DNA from: Peribolospora baueri
Taxonomy: Eukaryota
Reading direction: 5' to 3'
Assembly (NCBI GenBank): GCA_029717555.1
Contig: JAMDHS010000071.1
Location: 62,001-112,026, forward strand
Length of the DNA stretch: 50,026 nt
Within the stretch, counting starts at the first letter, position 1, and the number at the start of each line of letters is the position of its first letter. A program made the translations under genes and the position numbers. Under the pieces are notes generated by a model that was not told the origin of the DNA, ran no database searches, and saw only the letters and a list, made by a program, of their open reading frames with translations. Shown in pieces: positions 12,742-25,481 of the stretch.

Positions 12742-13592
12742 CTACTCGTACACCCAAACGTCCTGGGCCTTCTTGTAGGAGATGACGCCTTCCTGTCCGA
12801 ACCAGAGGGAGATCTCCTTCTTGGCCGACTCGACAGCGTCACTGCAGACGATGATGACATCCATCCAGCCTCATTCGTCAGCATCCATGCGGCACCCACA
12901 ACGCAGACGAGGGGAGCAAGGACTCACGAGCCGTGGCAGATGTTGCGGCCGACATCAATGGCGAAGTCGCCGCGGATGGTGCCGGGAGCCGAGGCGAGCG
13001 GGTTGGTGGCACCAAGCATGGCACGACCTGAATGAGTGGTGCGCAGATAGAGGGAGAGGGAAAAAAATGTTAAGAGGGGGGCGTTGTGCTGTGCTGTGCG
13101 ACCGGGTGATTGGAAGGTCGTCTTCTCACTCACCCTGCTTGACGACGTCCTTGCCCTGCCACACCATGGCGACGACGGGGCCAGAGGACATGTAAGAGAT
13201 GAGGCCGTTGAAGAAGCCCTTGCCCTTGAGGTCGGCGTAGTGCTGCTCGAGGTGCTCCTTGGTGGGGTGGACCATCTTCATGGCCACAAGGGTGAAGCCT
13301 CGCTTCTCGAAGCGGGAGATGATCTCACCGACGAGGCCACGCTGGACGCCGTCTGCGTTGCAAGATAGTGCGACAACACACGTAAAGGAAAGGCAGACCG
13401 ATGGAGAGAAGTTGGTGAGGAGTTAGCGGCAGCCAAAGGCCAGGCTTGATCGACGTCGCCACACGCACCAGGCTTGATCATGATGTAGGCTGGTCAGGCG
13501 TAGGAGAGAAAACGATGATGAGCGTGGCAGTCCTGGTGGGATAGCAGACACTAAAAGCAACACAGCACCCGCTCACTCTGCTCGGTGGCCAT
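12742..13592 (-). CDS. YNK1: Nucleoside diphosphate kinase
   Basis: Exons 13592-13577, 13489-13469, 13352-13134, 13027-12928, 12841-12742. The spliced product is [24 protein letters not shown]...GATNP...PGTIRGDF...[22 protein letters not shown]...WVYE. Confidence 0.98.
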
Positions 13593-13871
13593 TTTGGACG
13601 ATGAGGATGCGCGTTCGGAGGGTAGGGGCAAGGCAGAACGAGGGGGATGGAGGAAGAAGGAACGGGTGAGAGGCCAGTTGGACGTTAATGAAGGCCTCAT
13701 CCGTTGGGCACGTGCCCGTCTTCCTGCTGCGGCTGCGGCCGTGGCTGCGGTCGCCACTGGCCCAAACGCTGGTGATCGATCACGTGCGTTTCAGTCGTTA
13801 GGTTGACTGCCGCCGTGTAGCGGGGATGATGACGATGTCTCCCTCCTCCTCCTCACCGTCTCTCCGCCGCC

Positions 13872-16800
13872 ATGCAGCTCGCCCTTCGGGCCCTCTCGTC
13901 GGTGTACAACACCATCACACCTAACGTCGGCATCAATGCCGCCACCCTGTCCGGCGCGATCGACGTCATCGTTGTCGAGCGCGAGGTTGAGTACTCCGAG
14001 GACGAGGACGAGGACGATGCGGCCGGCGATGAGCAAAGAATCCCGAAAGGACAGCAACAGGGGAAGAAGAAGCGGCGGGTTAAGAAGAAGAGAATGGAGC
14101 TCGCCTGCACTCCTTTTCATGTGCGCTTTGGAAAGATGAGCGTTTTGAGGCCTGCGGAGAGAATGGTGAGCTAGCGCGCATCCCTGTCGGCCACCCGCCT
14201 CTCTTGTCCATACATTCCAGCAGCCGTCGAGTACGCGGCTTGACCGGTGTTGCTCATGCTCTCTCTTTGTCTTTTTGGCTTGCGTGTTTGTGGCCAACAG
14301 GTCACACTCCACCTCAACGGTTCCTTAGAGCCTCTCCCCTTCGTTATGAAGATCGGCGAGGCCGGTGAAGCCTTCTTCGTCTTCGAAGTCGATGAGGAGG
14401 AAGAGGGCGAGGTGCCAGCCGACTTGACGACCAGTCCGATCCTCGGACCGAAACGAGAGCCGTCGATTCCCGACGACCAACTCAAGGTTCATGCCGGAGG
14501 TTAGAGAGCGATCGTGATCGGCCGTGAGAAATTCAATGCAGGTTTACTGATCGTCCGAATGCGCTTTTCTGGTTCATACCTTTAGATATACGGCTGGATA
14601 TGGCCGGGTACAACACTTCAGAAGAAGACGAGATGCTTGCCAAGGAAGCAGCTGCTCAGTTTCGAGCAGAGCACGCCTTGGAGGCAGAGTCCAGCCGTTC
14701 CGAAGGTGATGTTGCCACCTTCGACGGGGACGTCCCCGCGTTACGAGATGCGGCGACAAGCCGCGCGGACGACGTCTCCGATGTAGTCAACACCGATGTG
14801 GCGAACATGGTGTCAGTACTCGGTCAAGAGGCCGATTTCGAAAAGCTCGCGAGGTTGGCCAGCGTACATCCTTCATCGTCCGGATCGAGCCTCGAGGACG
14901 CTAGCGCAGCCAAAGATACTTCGCTACGAAGAAGCGCCTCCATGGGACCGGAGCAGGAGGTGCTCTCTCTGCCAGCCGCAGTCGCGCGGCCACCCTCGCC
15001 AGAGCGCAAGGAAGTGAAGCGTTCCCAGACGGACACAGCCCTTATCACGTCGAACATTCAAACCGACGGTGCGCCACCAGAGGAGAAAAGGAGGACGAAG
15101 ACGTATGTCAAAACGCTCCGTCTCACTTCGGACCAGCTCAAGTCGCTAAACCTCAAGAAAGGCGCCAACATGATCACCTTCAGTGTGACCTCTTCCTATT
15201 CCGGCGTGGCCATCTGTACGGCACGTATCTTCCTCTGGGAGTCGTCCTACCAGGTCGTGGTGAGCGACATCGACGGGACGATCACAAAGTCGGACGCCCT
15301 CGGCCACGTTTTGACCATGATCGGCCGCGACTGGACCCATCTCGGCGTGGCCAAGCTCTACACCGACATCGCGAGGAATGGATACCGGCTGATGTACCTC
15401 ACAAGCCGCGCCATCGGTCAGGCGGACGTGACGAGGGACTATTTGAAGGGCATTCGACAAAACGGGTATCAGTTGCCGGATGGTCCGGTGATCATGAGCC
15501 CAGACCGGCTCATGGCCAGCTTGCATCGGTGAGTTGTTGTGCGTCAGTCGTTTGTGATACGTGCGCGGCTCTAATGAATAAAAAAAAACCTTGTCTCGTC
15601 CTCGATCGCAGGGAGGTCATCCTTCGAAAACCGGAAGTGTTTAAGATGGCCTGTCTCCGCGACATCGGCCGCCTGTTCGGCGTCGACTCGCGAACAGAAG
15701 CCGGCCCGGACAACATTTCGTCCGTCTCCGCGAGTTCAACGCCAAAGACTGGCTCCGAGAATACACCGGGCCTCTCCAGCGTGCCCTTTCCTTCATCCCC
15801 TTCGAATGCCAACGGGTCGATACCCGCGACTGGCCAGCTTGAGACACAGCGGCCAGGTCATCCCTTCTACGCCGGCTTCGGAAATCGCATCACGGACGCG
15901 CTCAGCTACCGCTCGGTCGGGATACCCAGCTCTAAAATCTTCACCATCGACTCATACGGTGAGGTGAAGATGGAGCTATTAGCACTTGCCGGGTACACGA
16001 GCTCGTGGGTGTCTTCCTCGTCATTGGCCGAGAGAAATTCGCAATCGGTCACGCGTACTTTTGCTCATGTTATCTCCTGCTCTCATTCCACCGGCAGCTA
16101 CATCCACATGACTGACCTCGTGGACCTGATGTTCCCGCCGATCCTCGCCACCTCCCAACCTGGCACGGGCCCGATGCCCGAGTTCACGGACTTCAACTAT
16201 TGGCGTGCTCCGATCGATGAAGTCGAGCTACCGTCCGATCTCGAACTCCTTCCCTCTCTTCCCTCTTCGCCCACGTTATCCGCTCGGAGCGGTAGGAGCG
16301 CCAGAAGCGATTCGAGCGTTGCCGAGAAAGCTGAGCAGAGGAGGGGAAGGTTGGCGCGGCTGGGGCTGGGCAGCTTCAGTCTCAGCAGGAGAAGCTCGAC
16401 GCAGACGGTGGCTGGAACGTCCGGTGTCCAGCAGGGGGCGCCACAGCATAACGGCATGCCCATCAAGGGCCAGAACGCCAGCGCTCCTGACCTTGGCGTA
16501 CCCGCACACGATGCTGGCGGCGGCGGCGGACAGGAGACGGCGACGGTAAGCCCCGCGACGAGCTACGGTAGCGGAAGGATGGTGTGGTCGTCCGGTTTGG
16601 GCGGGCGAGCTCGCAGCGGGACGATTGACAGCGCCAAGAGCGACGAGACGGCCACGAGTAGCAAGATGGGCTCGAGGAGGGCACACTCGCGCGCGAGCAG
16701 CGGCAGTCCGCTCGTCGGACCGGTCATCAGCGCGGACGAGTTGAGCGATGAGGACGACGACGTGAGCGAGCCTGGCTGGGCGAGGCGGGCGAGGAAGAAG

Positions 16801-16977
16801 GATGCGGATGGCGCTGGGGAGGAGGAAGAAGAGAAGGATGAGGGAGGGGAGGAAGAGGAAGACGGAAGCGAAAACGACAGGAAGGTGGTAGACAACGCGG
16901 ACAACGTCATAGATGAGGAGGACGACCCTCTGCTCGCTACGGGCGAGATGGACTTTGAAGGAGCGCCTTACTTGTGA
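13872..16977 (+). CDS. PAH1: Lipin / phosphatidate phosphatase (Pah1/Ned1)
   Basis: N-LIP: INAATLSGAIDVIVV, PFHVRFGK, MKIGEAGEAFFV. C-LIP: YVKTLRLTSDQL, catalytic SDIDGTITKSD, FYAGFGNRITD, EFTDFNYWR. Exons 13872-14165, 14301-14499, 14586-15528, 15612-16004, 16098-16977. Confidence 0.97.
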
Positions 16978-17595
16978 ACAGCCTCATCCACCCGTAGACA
17001 CGCGCACGACCGACCTACACACATTCATCTGCTTCATCGTTGCTCATACAAGATCACCATCATCATATATCATCCCAATCATATCAGAGTCGGGCCACTT
17101 TCTCTCTCTCTCTCCTGCCTTCCTTTCGTCGCCTTGAACACACGCCAATCGCCTCCACTTGCTCGCCTTGCAATCCTTCCTGCCGTTGAACTTGACCTGC
17201 TCTCGGTGCTTTTCCCCGGCTTTCGTTTTGTCGTTGCTGGTCATCTATCGGTCTCTCTCTCTCTCTCTTTTGTGGTCTGCCTAATCCGTAGCTTTCTTTC
17301 ACTGTACGATTACCATAGAAGCCACCTTCTTCCTCCCGTCTTTCTGGACGCAGGCGAGTGTGTGAGAGGTCTCGACTTGCGTCTACGCGATTGAGTGTCT
17401 GTCTATACGCAACGGCAACGGCAGCAAGAGCACTAAGCCGACAACGGAGATGAGAGATACTAGGTACAATTACGATGTGGTGGTGGTTCATGTTGCAGTG
17501 GTGACCGACGATGAAGCAAATAGTCCCTTCCGTGACTCCTCTCGTTCCTCTATTCGCTCTCTCCAACTTCGCCCGCCCGTTCGCCCATCCATCCA

Positions 17596-18696
17596 TCACT
17601 GGCTCTTGGACGCACCTCCGCCCGCCTTCCTCGCCCTCCCGACAGCGTCCTTGGCGCCCTGTTTGGCCACTGCACCGGCCTTCTTGAACCTCTTCGCCCA
17701 GCCCACCTTGGCGAGCCACTTGACAATCGAAGGCGTAATAGCGGCGGTGAGGCCGATGCGAATGGGAAGGAGGAGGGACTTGTGGATGGTGTAGGCGAGG
17801 ATGGCCTCTGTCCAGAGCAAACTCGAACCCGTCTCGCCAGCGCCCGGTTTGCGCTCCTGCCCACGCTCGCCCCCGTCCTCGTGCGCATCTTGAGATGCAG
17901 AAGAGGCGCCGACGTCAGCCTCTCCACCGCCGACGTTGCCGAAAGGCAGCCGTTCCCGAACCCAGTCCTCCACGTCGCGGACGTAATCGGCGCCCAAGAG
18001 ATGGATGGCGACAAAGACGGCGGAGAAGTCGAGGAAGGATATGATCAGGTACACTCCCAGGGCGTACCAGCCATACTTCTTCGTCAGAAGACGGAAGCGC
18101 TCTCGCAGAGTGCGGGGCTGTTCGGGGGACGGGTCTGGATCGGGGTGGTCGGTATTCGAGTTGTCCTGTTCGGATTCCGAGGCCGTCTTCTCTGATGATG
18201 AAGTGGAAGCGGGAGCGGAAGCCTTGGCCGTCGCAGCAGGGGAGGTGGAAGCGAGGGAGGGAGGGAAAGAGAAGAAAGTCCGCTGGGGAAAGCGTGTTCG
18301 TATGAGGGGGAAGAGGGCAACAGACCGGGACGCGGAGGGGGAGAGAGCAGAGAAACGTGGCAGCAACAAAGATTGTCCGTGCCCCGCGAGGCCAGCTGGA
18401 AGATGAGGAGACAGGGCTGAGATAGAAAATGAAACGGGGGCGGCCATCGATCTTCGCGCGGACGGCGAGGCGGGCGAAGGTGCCCTCGAGTAGAACAAGC
18501 GTCGAGCGGCGTCGAACGGGCCAAGGAGAGCTCGTGAATGGAGAGAAGAGACAGAGCTCATGCTGGCATCTCCATTGGAGCTGTATGCGGTCTTCAGCGC
18601 CCACGAGCTCGACAACGGTCGTCGTAGGTGAAGCGCGAAAGAGGAAGAAGAGGTGCCGGTGCGCACGAATGCCAATCGTCCAAGGGGGACCGCCAT
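17596..18696 (-). CDS. DUF1279 (FAM210/Nat2-like) mitochondrial membrane protein
   Basis: Single exon from ATG 18696. Long R/S-rich presequence, then LRERFRLLTKKYGWYALGVYLIISFLDF and EAILAYTIHKSLLLPIRIGLTAAITP. Confidence 0.88.
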   Translation of the reverse strand: MAVPLGRLAFVRTGTSSSSFALHLRRPLSSSWALKTAYSSNGDASMSSVSSLHSRALLGPFDAARRLFYSRAPSPASPSARRSMAAPVSFSISALSPHLPAGLAGHGQSLLLPRFSALSPSASRSVALFPLIRTRFPQRTFFSFPPSLASTSPAATAKASAPASTSSSEKTASESEQDNSNTDHPDPDPSPEQPRTLRERFRLLTKKYGWYALGVYLIISFLDFSAVFVAIHLLGADYVRDVEDWVRERLPFGNVGGGEADVGASSASQDAHEDGGERGQERKPGAGETGSSLLWTEAILAYTIHKSLLLPIRIGLTAAITPSIVKWLAKVGWAKRFKKAGAVAKQGAKDAVGRARKAGGGASKSQ

Positions 18697-19162
18697 TGCG
18701 AGCGGGCGCCGGCTGATGGTGTGATGCGTGAAAGAATGCCGGCTTTGGCCCTTGTCGTCGTTACTGTCGCTCCGCCGCTGCCGTCGTCGTCGTCGTCGTC
18801 GTCGTCCTCGAGAAGATGGAATGCTTTCCGTTTTCTTCCAACTTCCCTCCTTCGCTGACGTCGTCCCTTGACCGATGCCTGCCGAAATGTCGGCCCGGGG
18901 CGGCTGTAGGCGGTCCTGGCCTGCTGACAAAGCGGATACAACCGGCACGTGAGAAGCCCTGGGCCCTGATCGGTGCTGCGGCGAATCCTCCTCCACTACC
19001 CGGTCCTCCTCGCCACTCTGATATCAGATGAAACGGTCGCGAACAAAGTCTGACCGACGAGCCGCACACGACGCTTCACCCCGCAACACTCACCCCACAC
19101 CCTCGTGCACATCAGCCACGCTTCGTCTGTGTGCATTATTCATCCGCAAGTCTTGCTTGATC

Positions 19163-19921
19163 ATGTCCGCCAATGCGGCTGTGCCCACCAAGGCGGAGCT
19201 CCTTCACCTGTATCGCCGGTACCTGAGCACTGCGAGGTCGTTCAGGTGAGCTTCTGGGAGCAAAAGGCGGAGCTCGGTGTGCCGGACGAGGTCGGCAAGA
19301 GGGACTATGTATTCCTGCTACCTGCGACGTTCACTGCGTGGGGTGGCTTGTGCCCCGTCGCTAGCAGCCCGCATCAGCAGCTGGACCACGGTGTTTAGCA
19401 CGACTGTGGTCGTCAGAGCGAACTGGATTTTTATTTTATTTTATTTTTTTTTTACTTACGCTGACCTTGACTCCAATCTTCTCGCACCCCTTCGACCTCC
19501 TCCCTCTTTTTATGGCAGCGCCTACCCCTTCCGAACCTACTTCCTTCGCCGCTCGCGTGACCTGTTCCGCTCCTCCCTCCTCCCCGCTTCCCAAGCAGCC
19601 ACCACCTCCCCTTTCTCCCGCGAAGGCGATGCGACGACGCTACACTCGCCCCCCTCTCTCAACCTCTCTACGCCCTCCTTTGCCTCAACTGCGCCCGAGG
19701 GCAGTTCAGATGCGGACCGCCTCAAGGCATTTTACGATGCGGCTGTAACGGACTTGGAAGTGCTCAAGAGGGCCGCGCTCATCAACCGCATGTACGAGGG
19801 AGAGAGGCTCGTAGTCGAGAAGCCGCAATTCATCGTCTCCGGCGGCGGTGCCGGCATGGAGGCTTCAGCCGGTGGCGGTGGGCAGCCGGATTCTGGACCC
19901 AAGGCGGCCGGCAGGCATTGA
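19163..19921 (+). CDS. ISD11: LYR-motif protein Isd11/LYRM4 (Fe-S cluster assembly)
   Basis: Exons 19163-19245 and 19519-19921. Product: LLHLYRRYLSTARSFSAYPFRTYFLRRSRDLFR ... DLEVLKRAALINRMYEGERLVVE. Confidence 0.88.
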
Positions 19922-20092
19922 TGGGTTCGGGGAAGGTAGTCTAGTTTTCGGCAAGATTGCTCAATGTTTTTTTTTTTCTTTTCTTTCGCGAGCGCATGGC
20001 TTTGGGGAAGCACGAGATGAAGGAGAGAGAATCGGACGATATAGGACAGACGTGCATTCTTAGTCTAGTCTGACTCGCGCGAGTCGACGCGT

Positions 20093-21437
20093 CTAGTACA
20101 CGTCGGACAGCTCAATGCCAGGTCCTTGAGTGGAGGTCAAATGCACTCGCAAGATCGGGGAATCTGCCCCAGTGGTAGCGCGACGAGGACAGATCGGTCG
20201 GGTCAGCTCACAGCTGGCTCGGATCGCGAGAAGGAACGGCAGCGCAAATCCATTCCGCTCGTGGACAAAGATGAGAGAGAAACGATCCATGGACTCACTC
20301 TTCCGACTAGTACTGCCGGTAGAAGATACGGGAGCGGCAGGAGCGGGTTTCCCCGAAGCCTGCGCTGATGCGGCAGCGGCGGCGGCCTTGAAATTGCGCA
20401 CAGAATCGAGCAAGGAGTGAACGTTTGCTGCTAGGTCTTCGATTGGGAAGTGGATCTGGTAGGAGTGTGTGGCCGAGAATGATGGCCATGGACGAGAGAA
20501 GAGAGGTCGGGAATGAACGACGCTATATGAGCAGAGCCTGGACCAAGGCATCAGCTAGCGAACACTCACCCGCCCGATGGAACTTCTGACCATCCCGTGC
20601 TTGTCCCCTCTCCAATCCAAAGCTCCCCTACTCTCCTCAATAGCCTTTCGCATGTTGTCAGTGACCGACCCCCTCTTGACGTTCGGCATGAGGCCTTTGG
20701 GACCCAGTGAGCGCGCCAGGGCACGCGAGACAGCGGGCAAGAGGGCAGGCGTGCAAAGAACCTTTGAGAAGTTGTACTTGTTTGCCGCAACCTGTGTAGA
20801 GGGTGCGGGGAGACGAGCAGAAAGGCGGTTCAAGTAAGATACGCATAAAAATAATACCAGAGATACAAGCAAAAATGGGAAGGAGGGATGCAAGCGGCCT
20901 CGATCGAACCATACTCACTTCCGGAATCATCTCCTCCCCGCCCACGACAACCTTCGCCCCCGTCTTCCTGGCCTCGTCGGCAGCCTCACCGTCGGCAAAA
21001 ACAAGGATGGTCTCCTCCTTGTTACGCGTGTCCCGGGGCAGAACGATCCGGCCTCGGAGGGCGTTCTCCCGGTCGAACGATGTCTTGATGTGGATCTCGA
21101 AAGCGCTTTGCGGGCGGGCGACCTCGAAGGCCTGCGGGGTGGATAGGATAAAGGCCAAACCGATGAGCTGAGGTCGTCAAAAACATCAATCTAGCCCCCC
21201 TTCACTCCGGCTCACCTTGAGGATGGCGGCCGCCTCCGCGAGCGGCATCGCCTCTTTCCCGATCTCTGGACGCTTGCTGCTCGACGTCTTCTTGGCCTTG
21301 AGGAGGGGCTTGGAAGTGTGCAGAGCGCGAGCGGGGACCGCGGCGACGGCGCTGGGCGAGCGAATGGAAGACGCCGGTGTCCTTCCGACCAGGGCTCGCA
21401 CACAGCGTGAGCAGGGAGAGAGGGGTGAGGAGGCCAT
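20093..21437 (-). CDS. MRPL1: Mitochondrial ribosomal protein uL1
   Basis: Multi-exon gene with a presequence. Motifs: LRGRIVLP, ILVFADG, VVGGEEMI, LARSLGPKGLMPNVKRGSV, VHLTSTQGPGI. Confidence 0.93.
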
Positions 21438-21643
21438 GTTTGAAGGGTGGTGAGGACAGGATGGAGGGTTGAAATCGTAGGATCCGAGACGGGCGGCGAT
21501 GGTGAGAAGAACGAACTGACTTGCCGCAGCACTCCTTCGTTGCCATTTCACCGTCCAGGTCCCGACCACGACGACGAGCAGGTCCAATGTCATATCATGA
21601 CCCGGCTCGCATCCCGACCATCGTCTTCACATAGTTCCCGGCC

Positions 21644-22536
21644 ATGGCACGCCTGTCCCCGACGTCGCCCATGCTGTGGGTTTTGAAGCATGTGAGCCCG
21701 GCAGACCGCCTCGCGAGGCGCTCTTGGTCGAGAAGAAAGGTTGAAACACGACGTCGTCTCGTTGATTTCCTCCCCTTCCTTGTTACCGACCCTCCGCACC
21801 TGCTCAGACGCAGTCCATAGTAACATCGTTGACCGCCATTGCTGTGCTTCATCTCCGCACGCCTCATGTGGTCTATTTCGTCGGCGGAGCGCTGATCACG
21901 TCGTTCACTGGTCAGTCATGAGCTCATCTTCTCGCCCGTCCAGCGGGCCTCCTGGCGTGCGAAACCCAGAACCCACGCTCATGACCGACCTCTTCTTGTT
22001 CGTGCCATCGCTACCGACTCGCCAACAAACATACAGCTAAGCTCATGAAGCGCTTCATCCGTCAGCCGCGACCGAGCAAGTCTGGGAAGAAATCGATGGG
22101 CATGCCGTCGACACACAGCGCGACGATCACTTTCATGGGCGTCTACCTCTTCCTCTGCGCTCTCTATCTTCCTCTTCATCCCGCTCTCTCTCCTTCCAGC
22201 CTCGTCTCACCCTTCAGTCTGGAGAGTACCAGTGGCTCCGCCAGGGTACGCCCCCCCACCTTTCGCGCACCTCCCCCGCCCGACGATTTCATGCGACTCC
22301 CGCCCAATCAACCCCCCCAACACTCTCTCCTCGTGGACGAGGAAACCCGCCTTCCCTTGCCCGCTCGCATTCTCCTAGCCGCCGCCCCGTTCACATTTTC
22401 TCTTCTTGTCTGCTGGTCTCGCGTCCGGCTGGGCGTGCACACTCGAAAGCAGGTCCTAGCCGGCATGGCGTTGGGTGGAGCGATCGCCCTCTGGTGGTGG
22501 TTGGCGTGGCAGAGCTGTCCGCTGGGCGCTCGTTGA
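21644..22536 (+). CDS. PAP2-family membrane phosphatase (dolichyl-diphosphatase-like)
   Basis: Exons 21644-21691, 21808-21910, 22037-22536. Motifs C1 KRFIRQPRP, C2 GMPSTHS and C3 SRVRLGVH, with hydrophobic helices. Confidence 0.88.
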
Positions 22537-22955
22537 ATGTGGGATGAGGGAGAGCGGCAGTCTGTGGTGGGTTGGAAGGACGGGCTTGGGGCGTAGAGGC
22601 TTGGAGCGCTGATCAGGGATGTGGAGACGGAGGTCGTGGGCCGGTATCGACGTTTCAGCGCGCTCTGAGAAACGTTTCACCCGCCGCCTCTCTCTGTTAT
22701 GATGTCGGACCAGGAAATGGAACTAGACTAGAATCGTCTATCGATCACCTGTACCGTTTTCGTCGTACGCGCTCAGACCAGACGGACGAGGAGCGGGGGT
22801 CGAATCGTTATTCCGGGGTCAGGGTATCGCAAGGCCTCTGTACAAGCTGGCAAGAAATAAAACAGAATCGTCCCAAATACGCGAAGAGAGAGAGGGGGTG
22901 TGTGTGTGTGTGTGTGAACGAGAGAGGAGAGGAATTGGCGCCCTTGGCTTCACGC

Positions 22956-24106
22956 TCATCGCTGAGCAGAAGCGTGCCGCTTGCGTTCCTTCTCGTCCGC
23001 GATGGCGTCCAGCTCATCCTTGCGTTTCTGCTCCTTCTTCGACCTGAAGGACGAAACCGACCTCCACAAAGAAGGTTTCTTTCTAAGATTTTCCACCGCC
23101 GGCGTTGTCGGCGGCGTCAGGTGTCGTCCGCTCGAAGAATCCCGTCCCCGGTGGTGGTGATCCCGCTCCTGCTCCCTCTCAGTCTCCCGCGTGTGCTCTT
23201 CCTCCTCGGCCATCTCTGAGTCGCGCAACGACTCTGACTCCCCGCCATCGCCTTCCGTGTTTCCTCCCCGTGCGTGTCGCGCCGGCGCCTTTGCGTCCAC
23301 GCGCACCTGGTTCGGCTTTCCATCCTCATTTTTGGCATTGTACTCGTCGGCAACGACCTCGAAGGGCGTAAAGTCGTCCGCGTCGATGACCCAAGTGCCG
23401 TCAACGAGCTTGGCAGACGGCCCGCCTCGTATGTAAAAGTGTCGGCCCTGACGCATGTGCCAGCCCGCCGAGCTGACGACCGAGGACTGGAGGAGGGACT
23501 CGATGACCGATTTGGCCGTCGTGATCGTCGAGCTGATCCCGACAAAGTTGCCGATCTACGGGTGGCCAAAGAGGGGTAAAACGAAAGGAGTACAAAGAGC
23601 GTTTTGAGCAGACTTGGAAGCGAAGGAGAGGGCGGAGGCGGACCGGGTGGGCCGGACGACGACGGCGATGGCTCACCTTGGCAATGGCGTCCCTCTTCCT
23701 GGCCACGGTTCTGAGTGCCTGCATGCCCTTGGCGGTCATTCCGCTAATGACGGCAGCCGCGCCAGCTCCTCCGGCAACGTAAACGGCGCCCGCAGCGAGA
23801 GCGAGCGAGCCGACGGTGGCAAGCACGATGGGAACGGCGACCTGCATGCGCGTGTACCTGTTCGCCGAATGGGCGTCGCCGACGCGCGCCTCGATGGTGA
23901 AGTAGACGGCGCCCACCTTGGGCGCCCAGAGGCCTGTTCGGGGCGGGACACCATTCTGGAGAAGGGGGGCGCGGTTGTCACGTCGAGGGTGAACATGCGG
24001 ACGAAATGGATATCGCGTGACTCACCTCGAAGTGGACGGGTCCGAGATGCTTGAGAGAGATGTTCAAAGGAAGATGGGTCTCGTTGACGATGTATACCTG
24101 CACCAT
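22956..24106 (-). CDS. Hypothetical protein with a central hydrophobic, Gly/Ala-rich segment
   Basis: Exons 24106-24026, 23955-23677, 23555-22956 splice in frame: MVQVYIVNETHLPLNISLKHLGPVHFENGV...VGAVYFTIEAR...GWHMRQGRHFYIRGGP. Confidence 0.75.
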
Positions 24107-25232
24107 GGCTGGGCGAGGATGACAAGGGCGCGTTGGTAGTGATGGTTGGGATTGAGGATTGGCAGAGGCGGCGCAGAAAGGAAGCAAGAGGCTGACAGCC
24201 GCACGGATTCATGGAGGGCCGATCGAAAAGACGTGTCACGTGCGGATGACTAAGCGACGAGGGCTTGAGCACGGGCCACCCTGCTATCTTCTGGTTGCCG
24301 TTGTTCGTATCGGGGTGGCCATAGCGGAGGAGGACCCGGACGTGGATGGCACCCATTTCATATGCCTACTCGCTGGAGGGGCTTTTGATTAGGTCAAGGT
24401 CAGGAATGGGGAAGCGATTGTGTAAAGGGGGGACATGTTGAAGAAGGCGCACGCGGGTGGGAGAGGAGGGCCTCTCTTCTCCACAGGTGGCGAAGACACC
24501 TCCTTCCTTCCCTCCTTACTGACTGACTGACTGACTGACGGACGGACGGACGGACTGACCGCCGGATAGCCTGGGCAGCCTAGCCTGGGCAGCCTTGGCT
24601 TGGTTTCACGGCCCCAGGTTGTGCCACCACCGTCGTGAGCCATCATATCGTTCTTGCCTTGGAGCACAAGCGACGGCAGAAGCGAATGGCCCGATAACGA
24701 AAGAAAGACGATAACGACTCGGACGTGGCGGGGCAACGCATAGAAGAGGAGAGCAGAAGGACGGCGCGGGGAAGAAAACGAGGAGAGAGGGGGCGCTCCG
24801 ATCTAGTAGACGGCGCGCGGATGCCGTCCGTACATGAGATAACGCACCCAAGAACAAGGACAAGGACAAGGACGACGACGAGGGCAAGGACGGGAATGAG
24901 GGAGAGAGAAAGCGGCACGACGAACGACCGAACGAACGGCAGACGGGACGGGACATGCGGCCCTTACTTAACCGCCACGCTCTCACGAATGAGCGATGCT
25001 CGGCAAATGAATGTCAAGAAAACCACCGGGTAGTGTGAAATTCACAGCAAGCAAATACGTAACATAAAAGACAGAAAGGCAGGCGGTGAGAGATGGGTAG
25101 ATGGATAGATACCTTGACGAGGCGCTCCATTCCGATACCCGCTCGGAAAGGAAATGCGACTTGGACGGCACGAAGGAGGATGAAGAAAGAGCACAGCACA
25201 GGGAGGTATGGATGTATGAACGGAGGAAGAGA

Positions 25233-25281
25233 GAAGGAAGAAGGAAGAAGGAAGAAGGAAGAAGGAAGAAGGAAGAAGGAA
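25233..25281. repeat. (GAAGGAA)n heptamer purine repeat
   Basis: Read directly; about 7 units. Confidence 0.9.
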
Positions 25282-25481
25282 ACAAGAGAGCGAGCTAGAA
25301 GGCAAACGACCAAACAAACGGACAACCGGACGGACGGGAAAAAAAGAAAGCGGGAGGGAAGACCGGCGTGGGGGGAGGGGGGGTAAGCGGGTATAGAATA
25401 ATGTTCGCTTACGGACGGACAGACACGCGGATGGGAGCGGTCGGCGTGCGAGCGTACAAAGTAGAGAATGTGACGTCCAGC

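Noticed and set aside
18697..18996. N-terminal extension of the 466-aa ORF
   Set aside because: It starts at a non-ATG codon in the divergent promoter; ATG 18696 gives a proper presequence.
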